The position numbers were made by a program, and so were the translations under genes. From an uncultured Gammaproteobacteria bacterium (GTDB lineage Bacteria > Pseudomonadota > Gammaproteobacteria > UBA9214), in contig CAVYZN010000009.1 in assembly GCA_963773065.1 (NCBI GenBank), positions 160,001-224,000 of the forward strand: 64,000 nucleotides of DNA, given 5' to 3'. Within the stretch, counting starts at the first letter, position 1, and each line of letters begins with the position of its first letter. A model generated the notes under the pieces. That model made no database searches, had not been told where the DNA came from, and saw only the letters and a program-made list of their open reading frames with translations. Of this stretch, positions 1-10,626 are shown one piece after another.

Positions 1-93
1 TCTTACATTCTGGAATTTGAGCCGGGCGCCCTGTTTGCGTGAGTTTAATGCATCTATATGAATGTAAAGTAGATATTATTTTTTTCAAGGAGC

Positions 94-109
94 TGGCATG
101 GGCATTGCT
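94..109 (+). promoter_or_regulatory. Sigma54 (RpoN) -24/-12 promoter upstream of the PEP-CTERM gene
   Basis: TGGCAT-GGGCA-TTGCT matches TGGCAC-N5-TTGCW with exact GG(95-96)/GC(107-108) spacing; AT-rich tract just upstream; sigma54 promoters are known upstream of PEP-CTERM genes. Confidence 0.75.
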
Positions 110-257
110 TTAATGTTTGGTGCCAAGGTGAAGCGTGTTGGCTGAAGTCCTGGCAAATTACGTGAGACGAAAATAAGACAACACTTCTTCGAAACCTAAA
201 TTTAACTAACATTCAATTAGGTTAATTAACACTTAACTCATTTGAGAGGAGTACACG

Positions 258-999
258 ATGAACATCAAAAAAACTGCCCTTGCCACAGCTCTTGCGACTG
301 TCATGGGTTTTACCGCAGTCGCCGCACAGGCCGCCGCGGTTGTCAATGGTGATACACTGAATATCCAATCTCCCACATTAGATGCCAGTGGGTATGTTGT
401 TACCGGCAGCGGTTCCTACTTCGCTATGGATAACAACGCTAACAGTAAGATTGCCAATACTGAGAAGGTTGGACTCTCACAAGGGCACCACCGGTCTCGT
501 CATCGGCGTGACTACTTCGGCCGGCGCCAGCCACGGCGGCGCGCCGACCGGCGGCGACACCAATGCCATCGATGCCCCGTGGGGCTTCTTTGGCAACACC
601 GGCAGCGACTACGTGACCGTCGGCGTCACCGGCAGCACCACCGCCGGCCTGGGCATGAGCGGCTGGACCGTCACCTGGAACGGCATCGCCGCCATTCCCA
701 TGGGCACCGGCGCTTGGACGGCTGTCACTGGCGCTGGTTCCACCGGCGCCACGGGTACTTTCGCCAATGGCGTGGGCAGGTTCACTTGGGATGGCGTGTA
801 TGGCGACGCCTACACCCTGGACTACCATGCGACCGTGCCGGTCGGCGATCCCTCCGGCTTCGGTGGTGTGAAGTACGAACTGCACCTGCAGGGCCTCGTG
901 ACCGAACCCGCTCGTCCCGGTCCCGGCTGCTGCCTGGCTGTTCGGCTCGGTCTGATGGGCTTGGTGGGCATTGCCCGCCGCAAGACCAGACAGGTCTAA
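258..999 (+). CDS. VPLPA-CTERM (PEP-CTERM family) exosortase-target surface protein, Gly/Thr-rich; split by frameshifts near 480 and 910-950
   Basis: Signal peptide MNIKKTALATALATVMGFTAVAAQA; DNA 914-999 reads VPVPAAAWLFGS/GLMGLVGIARRKTRQV across an indel (sorting motif, TM helix, basic tail); SD GAGAGGAG. Confidence 0.85.
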
Positions 1000-1012
1000 G
1001 CGATCGAGTAAC

Positions 1013-1087
1013 GGCGTACGAGCGCAAGCTTGTACGCCAAGCTCTTAAGATGGCCGGTATGGCGCAAAGCCTGCCGGCCATTTTTTT
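1013..1087 (+). terminator. Two hairpins after the PEP-CTERM gene; the second is a likely intrinsic terminator
   Basis: GGCGTACGAGC-GCAA-GCTTGTACGCC (1013-1038); ATGGCCGGTA...TGCCGGCCAT followed by a T run (1050-1087). Confidence 0.7.
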
Positions 1088-1371
1088 ATCTGTATACGCC
1101 GTCCAGCCGGCGCCGCGTTCAATCTCGCCGGTATAACCGCGGGGCGCCCGTACCCTCGTATGTATTGAGCTTCACGGACGGGCGTGCTAGGTTTCTTAAT
1201 ACAACGACAAGAAACACCACATAAAGCGACACATACACTTGAATAACTACGCATTGGGCGTGGCGTTGGCCGCAGCGGTGGCTGGCGCAAGACCCGTGGT
1301 CAATCGCAGTATTATTGATGGGCGCTGTGCTGACCATGAGCCTTAGGCTTGGATAATGAAGGAGCGCGACG

Positions 1372-2319
1372 ATGTATCGAAACAGAATAGTGCGGCATAG
1401 CGGTGTGACGGTCTACGTGCGCCTGGGCGCTATGGCGTTGCTGCTGCTCGGCTGGCTGATCGGCCTGGGTGGCTGCACCGCCGTCAATACCTTCCCGATG
1501 GCGGCGCGCTCCGGCGACACGATTTCGGTCATGATCGGCGGCAGCGAGCTGGCGCGCAAGGAAACCATCGGCGCCGTGCTCACGGATGCATCAGGCGGGC
1601 AGCATGACCTGCAGGCGCTGGGGCTAGTGCGCTCGGTGTTCAACCTGCGCCCCGACGGACGTGCCGAGGGTTTGCATTATTCCGACTACCTGGATACGTA
1701 CATCTCCTGGTTCTTCGGGCATGAACCGGTGCAGACGGTGCTGGTGGCGGACCTGCCGACGGGCCTGCCGCCGGGTATCGCCACCCTGGCGGTGAATCTG
1801 AACGCATCCGACAACAGTTCCGGTATCGGTGACCCGGCGCGCATCAAGCTCGAAGTGCTTAGCGGCGCCGGCGCAGCAGATTCCTTTTTGCGGAAAACCA
1901 CACAAGGTCCGACGCCGGCCGATCTCCTGGCCCTGGAACCCGCGCCCTACGCCAAGCTGACCTTCCCCGCCGGGGCCATCATCGGTGCGGCCGATCTGGT
2001 GATCGATGTCGATCAGTCCGCCGTCAATCTGGACGATCTGAATGTCTATGTGCCGGAGTCGACCGTGCGCGGCTCGGTTGGAGATCCCGGCGCCTTCGGC
2101 GACAAGCAGCGCATGGTGTACTGGCATCATGACACTAACCGGCTATATATCGACATTGTTGCGCCACAAGGTATCGATGGCCGTTTTCTGATGCTTTACG
2201 TCATGCACCCGCGCGATTTGCCGGCTTCGCCCAACTTCGCGCTGAACAGCGCCACGGTGTATGACCTCAACGGACAGCCGCAGTCGATACAGCCGGTGCT
2301 GACCTATATGCCGAACTGA
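1372..2319 (+). CDS. Hypothetical lipoprotein
   Basis: 315-aa ORF with SD AAGGAG; hydrophobic stretch ending in lipobox-like LGGC; no family recognised. Confidence 0.7.
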   Translation: MYRNRIVRHSGVTVYVRLGAMALLLLGWLIGLGGCTAVNTFPMAARSGDTISVMIGGSELARKETIGAVLTDASGGQHDLQALGLVRSVFNLRPDGRAEGLHYSDYLDTYISWFFGHEPVQTVLVADLPTGLPPGIATLAVNLNASDNSSGIGDPARIKLEVLSGAGAADSFLRKTTQGPTPADLLALEPAPYAKLTFPAGAIIGAADLVIDVDQSAVNLDDLNVYVPESTVRGSVGDPGAFGDKQRMVYWHHDTNRLYIDIVAPQGIDGRFLMLYVMHPRDLPASPNFALNSATVYDLNGQPQSIQPVLTYMPN

Positions 2320-2369
2320 GGCAGATCCGTACTGATGGTGATTAGCCGGGTCTTGAGGGAATAGCGCTT

Positions 2370-2510
2370 ACTTAGTGTTCATCCATAATACACCATTTTC
2401 ACCGCAAAGACACAAAGTACGCGAAGAAACTTATTAACCAAACAATTAAATAGCTTTGCGTTCTTTGCGCCTTTGCGGTGAGTTTATTTCTTTATGGATG
2501 GACACTAAGT
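2370..2510. mobile_element. MITE-like element (141 bp) with 19-bp terminal inverted repeats and internal palindrome
   Basis: ACTTAGTGTTCATCCATAA (2370-2388) vs TTATGGATGGACACTAAGT (2492-2510), 18/19 complementary; inner CACCGCAAAG.../...CTTTGCGGTG arms. Confidence 0.65.
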
Positions 2511-2633
2511 CAGTGCCATTCGGGTCATGGGCCGATCGGTGCAGTGGCGTCTCCGGTCCATTCTATCGTTGCCCGGTTGGGCGCTGCTACGGCCGGATGT
2601 CCACAACCCGTGAATGATCGGTTGAGATAGGCG

Positions 2634-4322
2634 ATGAAGCGTACGGCGCCCGATGCGGGGCTGGGACAGTTGCTGGAGTTGTTCCAGGCGGGGCGGCTGA
2701 TCGAGGCGCGCGCGCTGGGACAGCAACTCGGCAAGTCTTTATCGAAGCATCCACAGTTGTTGAATCTGCTTGGCGCCATCCATGGCCGTCTGGGCGAGTT
2801 CGCTCAGGCGGAATCCTGTTATCGGACCCTGTGCTCGCTCGAACCGAAGTCCCATGAATATCGGTATTACCTGGGCATGGCGCTGATCATGCAGGGCCGG
2901 CTTCAGGAGGCCGTGGCGCCTTTCATGGAAATGCTGCGGCTTCAGCCGGAGTTCGCGCAGGGTCATATGCAGATGGGGTGTCTGCTGCGTGATCTTGGTC
3001 ATCACGATGCCGCGATCAGGCATTTCGAACAGGCGTTGCGGCTGAATCCCGCCCTGGCGGATGCCGCCGTGTTTCTGGCCAACCTGCTGGTTTTTCGCGG
3101 GCAGTTCGATCCGGCCTTGCGCTGGCTCGACCGCGCGCTGCAACTGCGTCCCGATCATCAGGATGCCCTGGCCGCCAAAGCGCTGCTGCTGGAAAAGCGC
3201 GGTGAGCCGGCGGCGGCCTGGGCCTGCATCCAGCCGGCGCTTGCCGCGCCGGTCCCGTCGCCCGGGCTGGCGATCGCCTACGCCACGCTCGGCGCCGCGC
3301 CATGAGCAGAGTGCGTCCGCGCAGGCCCTGCTCAAACGGGTGTTGTCCCGTAACGATCTGGCGCCCTCCCAGCGACAGGAACTGCATTTCGCGCTGGCGG
3401 GCCTGTGCGATACGGCCGGGGAGTACGATGCGGCCTTCGAACATTATCATGCCGCCAATGCGCTGAATCGTTTCCCCTTTGATGTCGCCGCATTGCGTGA
3501 CAAGGCGGAACGTGTCATGCGCTTCTTCGCCGAGGTCGAAGTTCCCATCTGTGACGGTGCGCGCGGGAGAAGGCCCCAGCCCGATTTTCATTGTCGGCAT
3601 GCCGCGCTCGGGCACCTCCCTGATCGAACAGATTCTCGCCTGTCATCCGGATATCGCCGCGGGAGGGGAGCTGGAAACGATGGCGGAGATCGAGCGCGAC
3701 ATGCCGGGTCTGCTGGGGCGATCGGAGTCTTATCCCGACTGTTTGCGCGGGGCGACGGCGGCCGGGCTGGAGCCGTTGGCGCGGCGCTATCGGGAGCGGA
3801 TCGCCGGGATCTCCCAGGGGCGCCGCTATGTGACTGACAAGCTGCCGGGCAATTACGAGCGGCTGGGGCTGATTGCCAGCGCTCTTCCCGGATGCGCGCA
3901 TCGTGCACATGCAACGTGATGCGCGCGATACCTGCCTGTCGTGCTATTTCCAGAATTTCGTCAATACGCAGGCGTACTCTACGAACCTCGGCGCGCTGGG
4001 CGAGGTTTACAAACTATATGAAGCAATGATGAAGCGCTGGCGCGAGATATCGCCGATCGGAATCCTGGATATTCGTTATGAGGCTCTCGTTGATCATCCC
4101 GAGGAAACGGTTAAGAAATTGCTGGCCTTTTGTGATCTGCCATGGAACGCGAAATGCCTCGAGTTCCATAAATCGGATCGCTACATCAATACGGCCAGCT
4201 ATGCTCAGGTCAGAGAGCCTATTTATCATCGTTCGGTCGGCCGGTGGAAGAACTATGAGTCGCACCTGGGAGAGTTGATTGCTGCACTATCGAGACAACC
4301 TCAAAGTGGATCACCTGCATAA
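2634..4322 (+). CDS. TPR-repeat sulfotransferase, frameshifted near 3300, 3560 and 3880
   Basis: N-terminal TPRs; PAPS-binding IFIVGMPRSGTSLIEQIL, then TDKLPGN, RDARDTCLSCY and TASYAQVREPIY in successive frames. Confidence 0.85.
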
Positions 4323-4380
4323 AACTGCGGCATGACTGACCTTCATAATTACCAGTAAACAATGTCCTTATGGGCGCTGG

Positions 4381-4985
4381 TCAGCGAAAAGCTGGGCCAT
4401 GCACCCAGGCAACAATAGCGTGGCGTGTACCTCGTGACACCGGCGTGACACGATGCCCAAGGAAGGATGGGAATACAATAACCGAACCCTGATTATTATC
4501 GCCTACACCCCCTCCCCCAGGAATTCAAGCTGACCACCGTCGTAGTCTGCGGGATCGGAAAGTTGCAGGCTGATGCTCAGTTTGCGAGTAGATTCACGGC
4601 CTGGTCCGAGATCGATATGCCAATCGTAATGTCCACCATCAGTATAGGAAGCATATTGGAACATCTCGAATCCTTGAAGATCGTATCGGTACTGCTGATT
4701 CACAAATTCGACGAGCTTTTCCATTTTCGCGAATACCCATTCCGTTTTGTCGGTTGGTGGAAGGTAGCGTACCACTGACTTACGGATACGATACTGGGTT
4801 TCCCAGTTGTCCGCCTCCGTACTCCTGCTGATACGACCTTCTATCGGCTCCAGGGACTGCCCAATCGAATTGATCTGTTCACATTCTTGCTTTGTGAAAC
4901 AGCCCTGAATAGAGGCATAGAGGGCTACATGATCATTGCGCCAACGTGCTACTTGAGATTCCAGATACCGGCAAACAAGACTCAT
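4381..4985 (-). CDS. 2OG-Fe(II) oxygenase (prolyl-4-hydroxylase-like); frameshift at the C-run near 4510
   Basis: HYDWHID (HxD) and RKLSISLQLS; the shifted frame continues GSVIVFPSFLGHRVTPVSRGTRHAIVAWVHGPAFR to a stop at 4381. Confidence 0.85.
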
Positions 4986-5152
4986 ATCTTCACCTGCATA
5001 TTAAAATCACAGTTATGATCCGCCACGACAGGCTCATGGTCTCTAGACTAACGAGGAATTGAAGGCTGCACACCCGTTATGGGTTTGTATTTTATTTTTT
5101 ATCGAGGCTTGTCATCTCGATGAGATAGCGCCGTTCGAAATTGACAGGCGAT

Positions 5153-6928
5153 TCATGCCGCATGCTCGCACCACTTCTTCCACATGACACGGTAGGCATC
5201 TTCAACCGACGTCGTAAAATCTTTCTCGGCGCACAGCGGTGAAGTCGAAACCCGCTCGCGCAGGGATGCGCGCAGTCGCGCCAATTCATTCAGGTCGTTG
5301 GCCAGATCCACGGCACGGCGGATATAGTCGTCCGGTGAGTGCGCAACCAGGTCGGCGAGTCCCGCCTGCGATAACAAACTCATACCCACGCGACTCGCGT
5401 GTATGGCCCCTGCCAGGGTGACCACCGGAATCCCCATCCACAGCGCTTCGCACGTGGTGGTGGTGCCATTATACGGAAAGGTATCCAGCGCAATATCAAC
5501 CTTGCCATAAACATTCATATGGCCGGACTGCGACGGCACCGGGCCGAGCAACTCAAGACGTTCTGTATCGACGCCGTGTTCGCCAAAACTCCGGTAGCAA
5601 ATCTGTCGCGTTCCGGCATCGCCGAAAGAGGGGTTTTTCATGATAAGGCGCGCACTCGGCAGCGCCTGCAGAATCGCGGCCCACGTCGAAACAACCTGCG
5701 GGGTGACTTTCATGAAATTATTGAAAGAGCCAAAGGTAACGCTGCCGCGGGTACTGGCGGGCAGCGAGGTGATCTCAGGGGCATCCTCCAGGCAGCGATA
5801 ACAGAGGAAGCCCTGCGGCAGTCGTATGAGCGTCTCCGTGTGGTAGATCTCCGTAGTCCCGGGGGGATCGGCCCATGCGTCCGTAAATCGGTAATCCATG
5901 GCTGGAATTCCGGTGGTATTTGGATAGCCGAGGTAAGTCACTTGAATCGGGGCAGGCTTGGCGGTGAACACCATGAGACGGTTGTCTGTGTTATGACCTG
6001 CAAGATCCACCAGGATGTCGATACGGTCGGATCGAATCCGCTCGACGAGTGCGGCGTCGCTCATGCCACGGGTGTTTAACCAATGCTTCGCTATGGCGCG
6101 CAGCCTTTCGGTGACAATGTCCGGTGTGACCTCCTCGGCGTAACAGTAGGTTTCCACCTGCTCTGGATCGTGGTTGGCAAGTAGCGGCTCGAAGAAGGAT
6201 ACGACCGAGTGCCGGTGCAGGTTCGGGGATACGTATCCGATGCGCAACTTGCGGTCCGGATTGCGGTTATTAGGGTGTTTGTGAATGGGTTGCGTGCCCA
6301 GTTGATGAGTTTGACCCCAGCGAAGGTGTTCTGCATAGATCGAGGCCGCGTCGTAGTCGGCGCTGTAATTCAAGGTGCTGACCAGATCGCTGTGTATCTG
6401 GTGGGAGCGTGGCTGGAGGTTTAATTCATGCCGGTAACACGATACCGCGCCGGCAATTTGTCCGCGCCGCTGAAGGATGCAGCCTATCAAGGCGTGCACC
6501 TCGGGAATGCCCGGCGCCAGCGCCACCGCCCGTTGATAGCATGCCAGCGCCTCGTCATATCTGTCTTGCAGGTGAAACACCTTGCCGAGTTGCACGTTCG
6601 CCGGCACATGGGCTGGATTGATCCGCAATACGCGATGAAATACATCAGCGGCTTCATCGTGCCTGGCCTGCAGCAGAAGCGCGCACGCCAGATGATAATG
6701 GGCATCGACTGACCCGGGTTGGATGGCGATGATCTCGCGACAACATCGTTCAACCTCAGACGCCTGGCCCAGTTGCGCATGGATCTGCGTCAGGCAGATC
6801 CATGTCTCCATATCGCTGGGATCCAATCGAGACACTTCGCCAAAAAGTTCTTTGGCTTTCAGCAATCTGTTATTTTGAAAGTAGGCCATCGCCCGCTTTT
6901 TTTTCTCATTCAGTAACAGATGACTCAT
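5153..6928 (-). CDS. TPR + GT41 (SPINDLY/OGT-like) glycosyltransferase
   Basis: TPRs then LRIGYVSPNLHRHSV, DILVDLAGH, YLGYPNTTG, FGSFNN, ALDTFPYNGTTTTCEALWMGIPV. Confidence 0.92.
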   Translation of the reverse strand: MSHLLLNEKKKRAMAYFQNNRLLKAKELFGEVSRLDPSDMETWICLTQIHAQLGQASEVERCCREIIAIQPGSVDAHYHLACALLLQARHDEAADVFHRVLRINPAHVPANVQLGKVFHLQDRYDEALACYQRAVALAPGIPEVHALIGCILQRRGQIAGAVSCYRHELNLQPRSHQIHSDLVSTLNYSADYDAASIYAEHLRWGQTHQLGTQPIHKHPNNRNPDRKLRIGYVSPNLHRHSVVSFFEPLLANHDPEQVETYCYAEEVTPDIVTERLRAIAKHWLNTRGMSDAALVERIRSDRIDILVDLAGHNTDNRLMVFTAKPAPIQVTYLGYPNTTGIPAMDYRFTDAWADPPGTTEIYHTETLIRLPQGFLCYRCLEDAPEITSLPASTRGSVTFGSFNNFMKVTPQVVSTWAAILQALPSARLIMKNPSFGDAGTRQICYRSFGEHGVDTERLELLGPVPSQSGHMNVYGKVDIALDTFPYNGTTTTCEALWMGIPVVTLAGAIHASRVGMSLLSQAGLADLVAHSPDDYIRRAVDLANDLNELARLRASLRERVSTSPLCAEKDFTTSVEDAYRVMWKKWCEHAA

Positions 6929-7075
6929 GCCAAAAGAACCTCATACCGACACCGGCCACGACATGGCGAGGCTAGTTGTACAGCGCTATTCCTGATTTTC
7001 ACGGCCCTGGCCGATGCAGTTGTGGTCACAGCCCATATCGCATGAGAGTCGGGCAGTTAAGTTGTTATTCATTTG

Positions 7076-7723
7076 TTAGCTGATTTTTCCATGGCAATGT
7101 TTGAACTTTTTCCCGCTACCGCAGGGACAGGGCTGGTTACGCCCAGTTTCCTTATTCATTGATGCGTCAGTTGACTCGGAACTACGGCGTTTTTCGGCAA
7201 TCATATTCAAGCTGATTGGTACTCCCTTGAATATCATGGAACTCGTGTCATTGAACAAACCAAAAACTTTCACCCTTTTTATATTTACATATCCAGAGGT
7301 ATTGAGGAATTCAGTGAGAAATTCTTCATTTAATCCGACGACGTGATAGTCGTATTTATCTATGTGGCCTCCAAAGATCATGCGCATGACAAAGAACCGT
7401 TCCCCAACGGTTAGCTTGTTCTTCGCCAGAATTAACCCCGCGAGCGTATCCAGGTCGGGAACGCTGATGAATACTCTTCCGCCTGGTTCGAGAACCCTGT
7501 TCCATTCTTTGAGGGTATCCGTCAGTTCACCGTTATAGTCGAGATGTTCGACGACGTGAGATGCGTATATTTCGGTAAATGTGTTATCAGCAAACTTAGA
7601 TAGATTATTAGCATTACAGACATGATCGACATAGGGGGCTGGTATCGCATTCAAAACCTCCCACCCATCGGATTTAATCTGCCCACCTATGTGCAATCTT
7701 CTAGGCATTGGCGCTGTACTCAT
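7076..7723 (-). CDS. SAM-dependent methyltransferase with C-terminal SEC-C zinc motif
   Basis: RLHIGG, IYASHVVEH, RVLEPGGRVFISVPD; tail GRNQPCPCGSGKKFKHCHG; visibly AT-richer than neighbours. Confidence 0.85.
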   Translation of the reverse strand: MSTAPMPRRLHIGGQIKSDGWEVLNAIPAPYVDHVCNANNLSKFADNTFTEIYASHVVEHLDYNGELTDTLKEWNRVLEPGGRVFISVPDLDTLAGLILAKNKLTVGERFFVMRMIFGGHIDKYDYHVVGLNEEFLTEFLNTSGYVNIKRVKVFGLFNDTSSMIFKGVPISLNMIAEKRRSSESTDASMNKETGRNQPCPCGSGKKFKHCHGKIS

Positions 7724-8136
7724 GGTCGTCTAAGGAACCTATGATCAATTCATGCGATGCTTCGACTGCGTTGATAGGAGCCATATACCTGTGGAGAGTA
7801 TTGCAAATATGAACTCCTGGGTAGGCGCAATACTGGCAGAAACATTACGACGCGTCGTTTATCTCTTATAACCGGGCAATAGGTTGGTTGTTGAGTGGTT
7901 GTATTATCCCGTGAATTCAATTTGTACGCGCGACTCTGTCTGGTCGGTCAGAAATTGAAGCTATTTTTAAAATATGCGGCCATATGTTAATAAATCGTGA
8001 GAATTAACACCAAAATTCCATGATCTGGACAATTTGTCTGAATGATGCATAATTACGAAATTTTACTGGAGTGTTATACGTAAAAATTTGGCCAGCGCTT
8101 CGATCTGCTGTTTATTCTCCAGGAAAGAGTCCATAA

Positions 8137-8595
8137 ATGGCCGCTTATAGAATTCTAGTTCTCAACGGGCCCAATCTGAACCTCTTGGGAACACGCGAGC
8201 CCGAGCATTATGGAGTCACGGCGCTTGAGGACATCATAAAGCGATTAGCCGAACTGGCCGAGGTGGAAGGTGCGGAACTGGCAAACTTGCAGAGCAACGC
8301 CGAGCATGAGTTGATCGAGCGAGTTCATGCGGCCCCGAAAGACGGCATCGACTTCATTATTATCAACCCAGCGGCATTCACCCACACCAGTGTCGGGTTG
8401 AGGGATGCCCTGCAGGCCGTCGGCATTCCCTTCATCGAAGTCCATCTGTCAAACATCCATGCGCGTGAGGAATTCCGGAAGCAATCCTATTTTTCGGACG
8501 TCGCCGTGGGGGTGATCTCGGGGTTGGGACCGATCGGCTATGAGCTGGCCTTGCGGGCGGCGGTGCGGTATCTGGAAGGGAAAAGTGAGAAGTAA
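8137..8595 (+). CDS. aroQ: Type II 3-dehydroquinate dehydratase
   Basis: [35 protein letters not shown]. Confidence 0.97.
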   Translation: MAAYRILVLNGPNLNLLGTREPEHYGVTALEDIIKRLAELAEVEGAELANLQSNAEHELIERVHAAPKDGIDFIIINPAAFTHTSVGLRDALQAVGIPFIEVHLSNIHAREEFRKQSYFSDVAVGVISGLGPIGYELALRAAVRYLEGKSEK

Positions 8596-8654
8596 AAAGT
8601 GAAACGTGAAGCGTGAGGGGCTAGTGCTTCAATGGTGCGCGTGGCGCACCCTAC
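8581..8654. repeat. Degenerate GAAGTGA heptamers overlapping the aroQ stop, plus a GTAG-type REP
   Basis: AAAAGTGAGAAGTAAAAAGTGAAACGTGAAGCGTGA; GGTGCGCGTGGCGCACCCTAC at 8634-8654. Confidence 0.75.
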
Positions 8655-8671
8655 ATTAACCAGGCTTTAAC

Positions 8672-9142
8672 ATGGACATACGCAAAGTCAAGAAGCTGAT
8701 CGAGCTGCTGGCGGAATCCAACATCGCGGAGATCGAGATCCACGAAGGGGAGGAGTCGGTGCGGATCAGTCGCATGGCCCCGGCCATGCAGGCGCCTCAG
8801 TATATGCCGGCCTATGCGCCGGGGATGTACGCGACCATGCCCCCCACTGCGCAGGCGCCCGCGATCGGTCCGGATCCCGTGCCGGCGGCCGAAAAACCGG
8901 CGCCCCAGGGTCATGTAGTCACTTCCCCGATGGTCGGGACGTTCTACGAGGCCCCGTCGCCCGGCGCCAAGCCGTTTGTCGAGGTGGGACACCACGTCAA
9001 CATCGGTGACACGCTCTGCATCATCGAGGCCATGAAGATGTTAAACCAGATCGAGGCCGACAAGGCCGGCAGGATTACCGCCCGGCTGGTCGAAAACGGA
9101 CAACCGGTTGAGTTCGGTCAGGAACTGTTCGAGATCGGCTGA
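8672..9142 (+). CDS. accB: Acetyl-CoA carboxylase biotin carboxyl carrier protein
   Basis: [25 protein letters not shown] biotinylation motif. Confidence 0.97.
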   Translation: MDIRKVKKLIELLAESNIAEIEIHEGEESVRISRMAPAMQAPQYMPAYAPGMYATMPPTAQAPAIGPDPVPAAEKPAPQGHVVTSPMVGTFYEAPSPGAKPFVEVGHHVNIGDTLCIIEAMKMLNQIEADKAGRITARLVENGQPVEFGQELFEIG

Positions 9143-10483
9143 TGCTGGAGAAGGTCGTCATCGCGAACCGGGGCGAGATCGCCCTGCGGATCCTGCGGGC
9201 GTGCCAGGAACTCGGCATCAGCACGGTGGCGGTGTATTCCGTCGCCGACCGCGATTTGAAACATGTATTGCTGGCCGATGAGAGCGTCTGCATCGGTCCG
9301 GCGCCTTCCACCGCCAGTTACCTCAATATCCCGGCCATCATCAGCGCCGCCGAAGTGACCGACGCGGATGCCATCCATCCCGGTTACGGGTTCCTGTCCG
9401 AGAACGACGATTTCGCCGAGCAGGTCGAGCGCAGCGGCTTCGTGTTCATCGGTCCGCGGCCGGAAACCATACGCACCATGGGCGACAAGGTCGCCGCGAT
9501 CCGCGCCATGAAGGCCGCCGGCGTGCCCTGCGTGCCGGGGTCGGATGGCCCGCTGGGCGATGATGACAAGGCCAATATCGCCATGGCCCGCAAGATCGGC
9601 TACCCGATCATCATCAAGGCGGCGGGCGGCGGCGGCGGGACGCGGCATGCGCGTGGTGCACGCGGAAGCCGCGTTGCTGGCCGCGATTTCGCTGACCCGC
9701 ACCGAGGCCAGGAACGCCTTCAACAACGACGTGGTCTACATGGAAAAATACCTCGACCGGCCACGACACATCGAGTTCCAGGTGCTGGGCGACGGGGAAG
9801 GCAATGCCATCCATCTGGGCGAGCGCGATTGCTCCATGCAGCGCCGCCACCAGAAGGTGGTGGAGGAGGCGCCCGCGCCGGGTATTAGCGAGGAACAACG
9901 CCAGGTGATGGGGCAGCGTTGCGCCGATGCCTGCAAGCGGCTGCGTTACCGCGGGGCCGGGACATTCGAATTCCTCTACCAGGACGGCGAGTTCTACTTC
10001 ATCGAGATGAATACGCGTATCCAGGTGGAACATCCGGTCACGGAAATGGTCACCGGCGTGGATATCGTCAAGGAGCAGTTGCGCATCGCCGCCGGTGAAG
10101 GCATTTCCTACCGCCAGGAGGACATCAGGATCCGCGGTCACGCCATCGAGTGCCGCATCAATGCCGAGGACCCGAAAAACTTCATGCCCTCGCCCGGCCG
10201 GATCGAGATGTACCATGCACCGGGCGGCCCCGGCATCCGCATGGACACCCACATCTACAACGGCTACCGGGTCCCTCCCTACTACGATTCCATGATCGGC
10301 AAGCTGATCGCCTATGGCGAGACCCGTAAATCGGCGCTGGCGCGCATGCGCGTGGCGCTCAACGAGATCGTCATCGACGGCATCAAGTCCAACGTGCCCC
10401 TGCAACTGGACATCATAACGGACCATGCCTTCATGGAAGGCGGGACCGATATCCACTACCTGGAGAAGAAGCTGGGGCTTTGA
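9142..10483 (+). CDS. accC: Biotin carboxylase; one frameshift near 9640, probably a sequencing error
   Basis: [28 protein letters not shown] junction, [21 protein letters not shown]. Confidence 0.95.
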
Positions 10484-10488
10484 CGGGG

Positions 10489-10544
10489 GTAGGGTGCGCC
10501 ATGCGCACCGTAATGGCCACGGAAGCCACGGAAATACACGGAAA
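10489..10544. repeat. GTAG REP followed by uninterrupted CACGGAA nonamer repeats
   Basis: GTAGGGTGCGCCATGCGCACC then ATGGCCACGGAAGCCACGGAAATACACGGAAA. Confidence 0.75.
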
Positions 10545-10626
10545 AATCAAAGCATCACTCGTATGGTGCACCGTGCACACCGAAGGGTATGAAATCACGG
10601 AAGAGACAGAAAGGAGTAGAGAAATT

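Noticed and set aside
8026-8053. Sigma70 promoter for aroQ (TGGACA-N16-CATAAT)
   Set aside because: Plausible, but a weak match in AT-rich DNA and not distinguishable from chance
9620-9660. Programmed frameshift in accC
   Set aside because: No slippery heptamer; it falls in a GGC run within a conserved motif, and similar indels are common in this window
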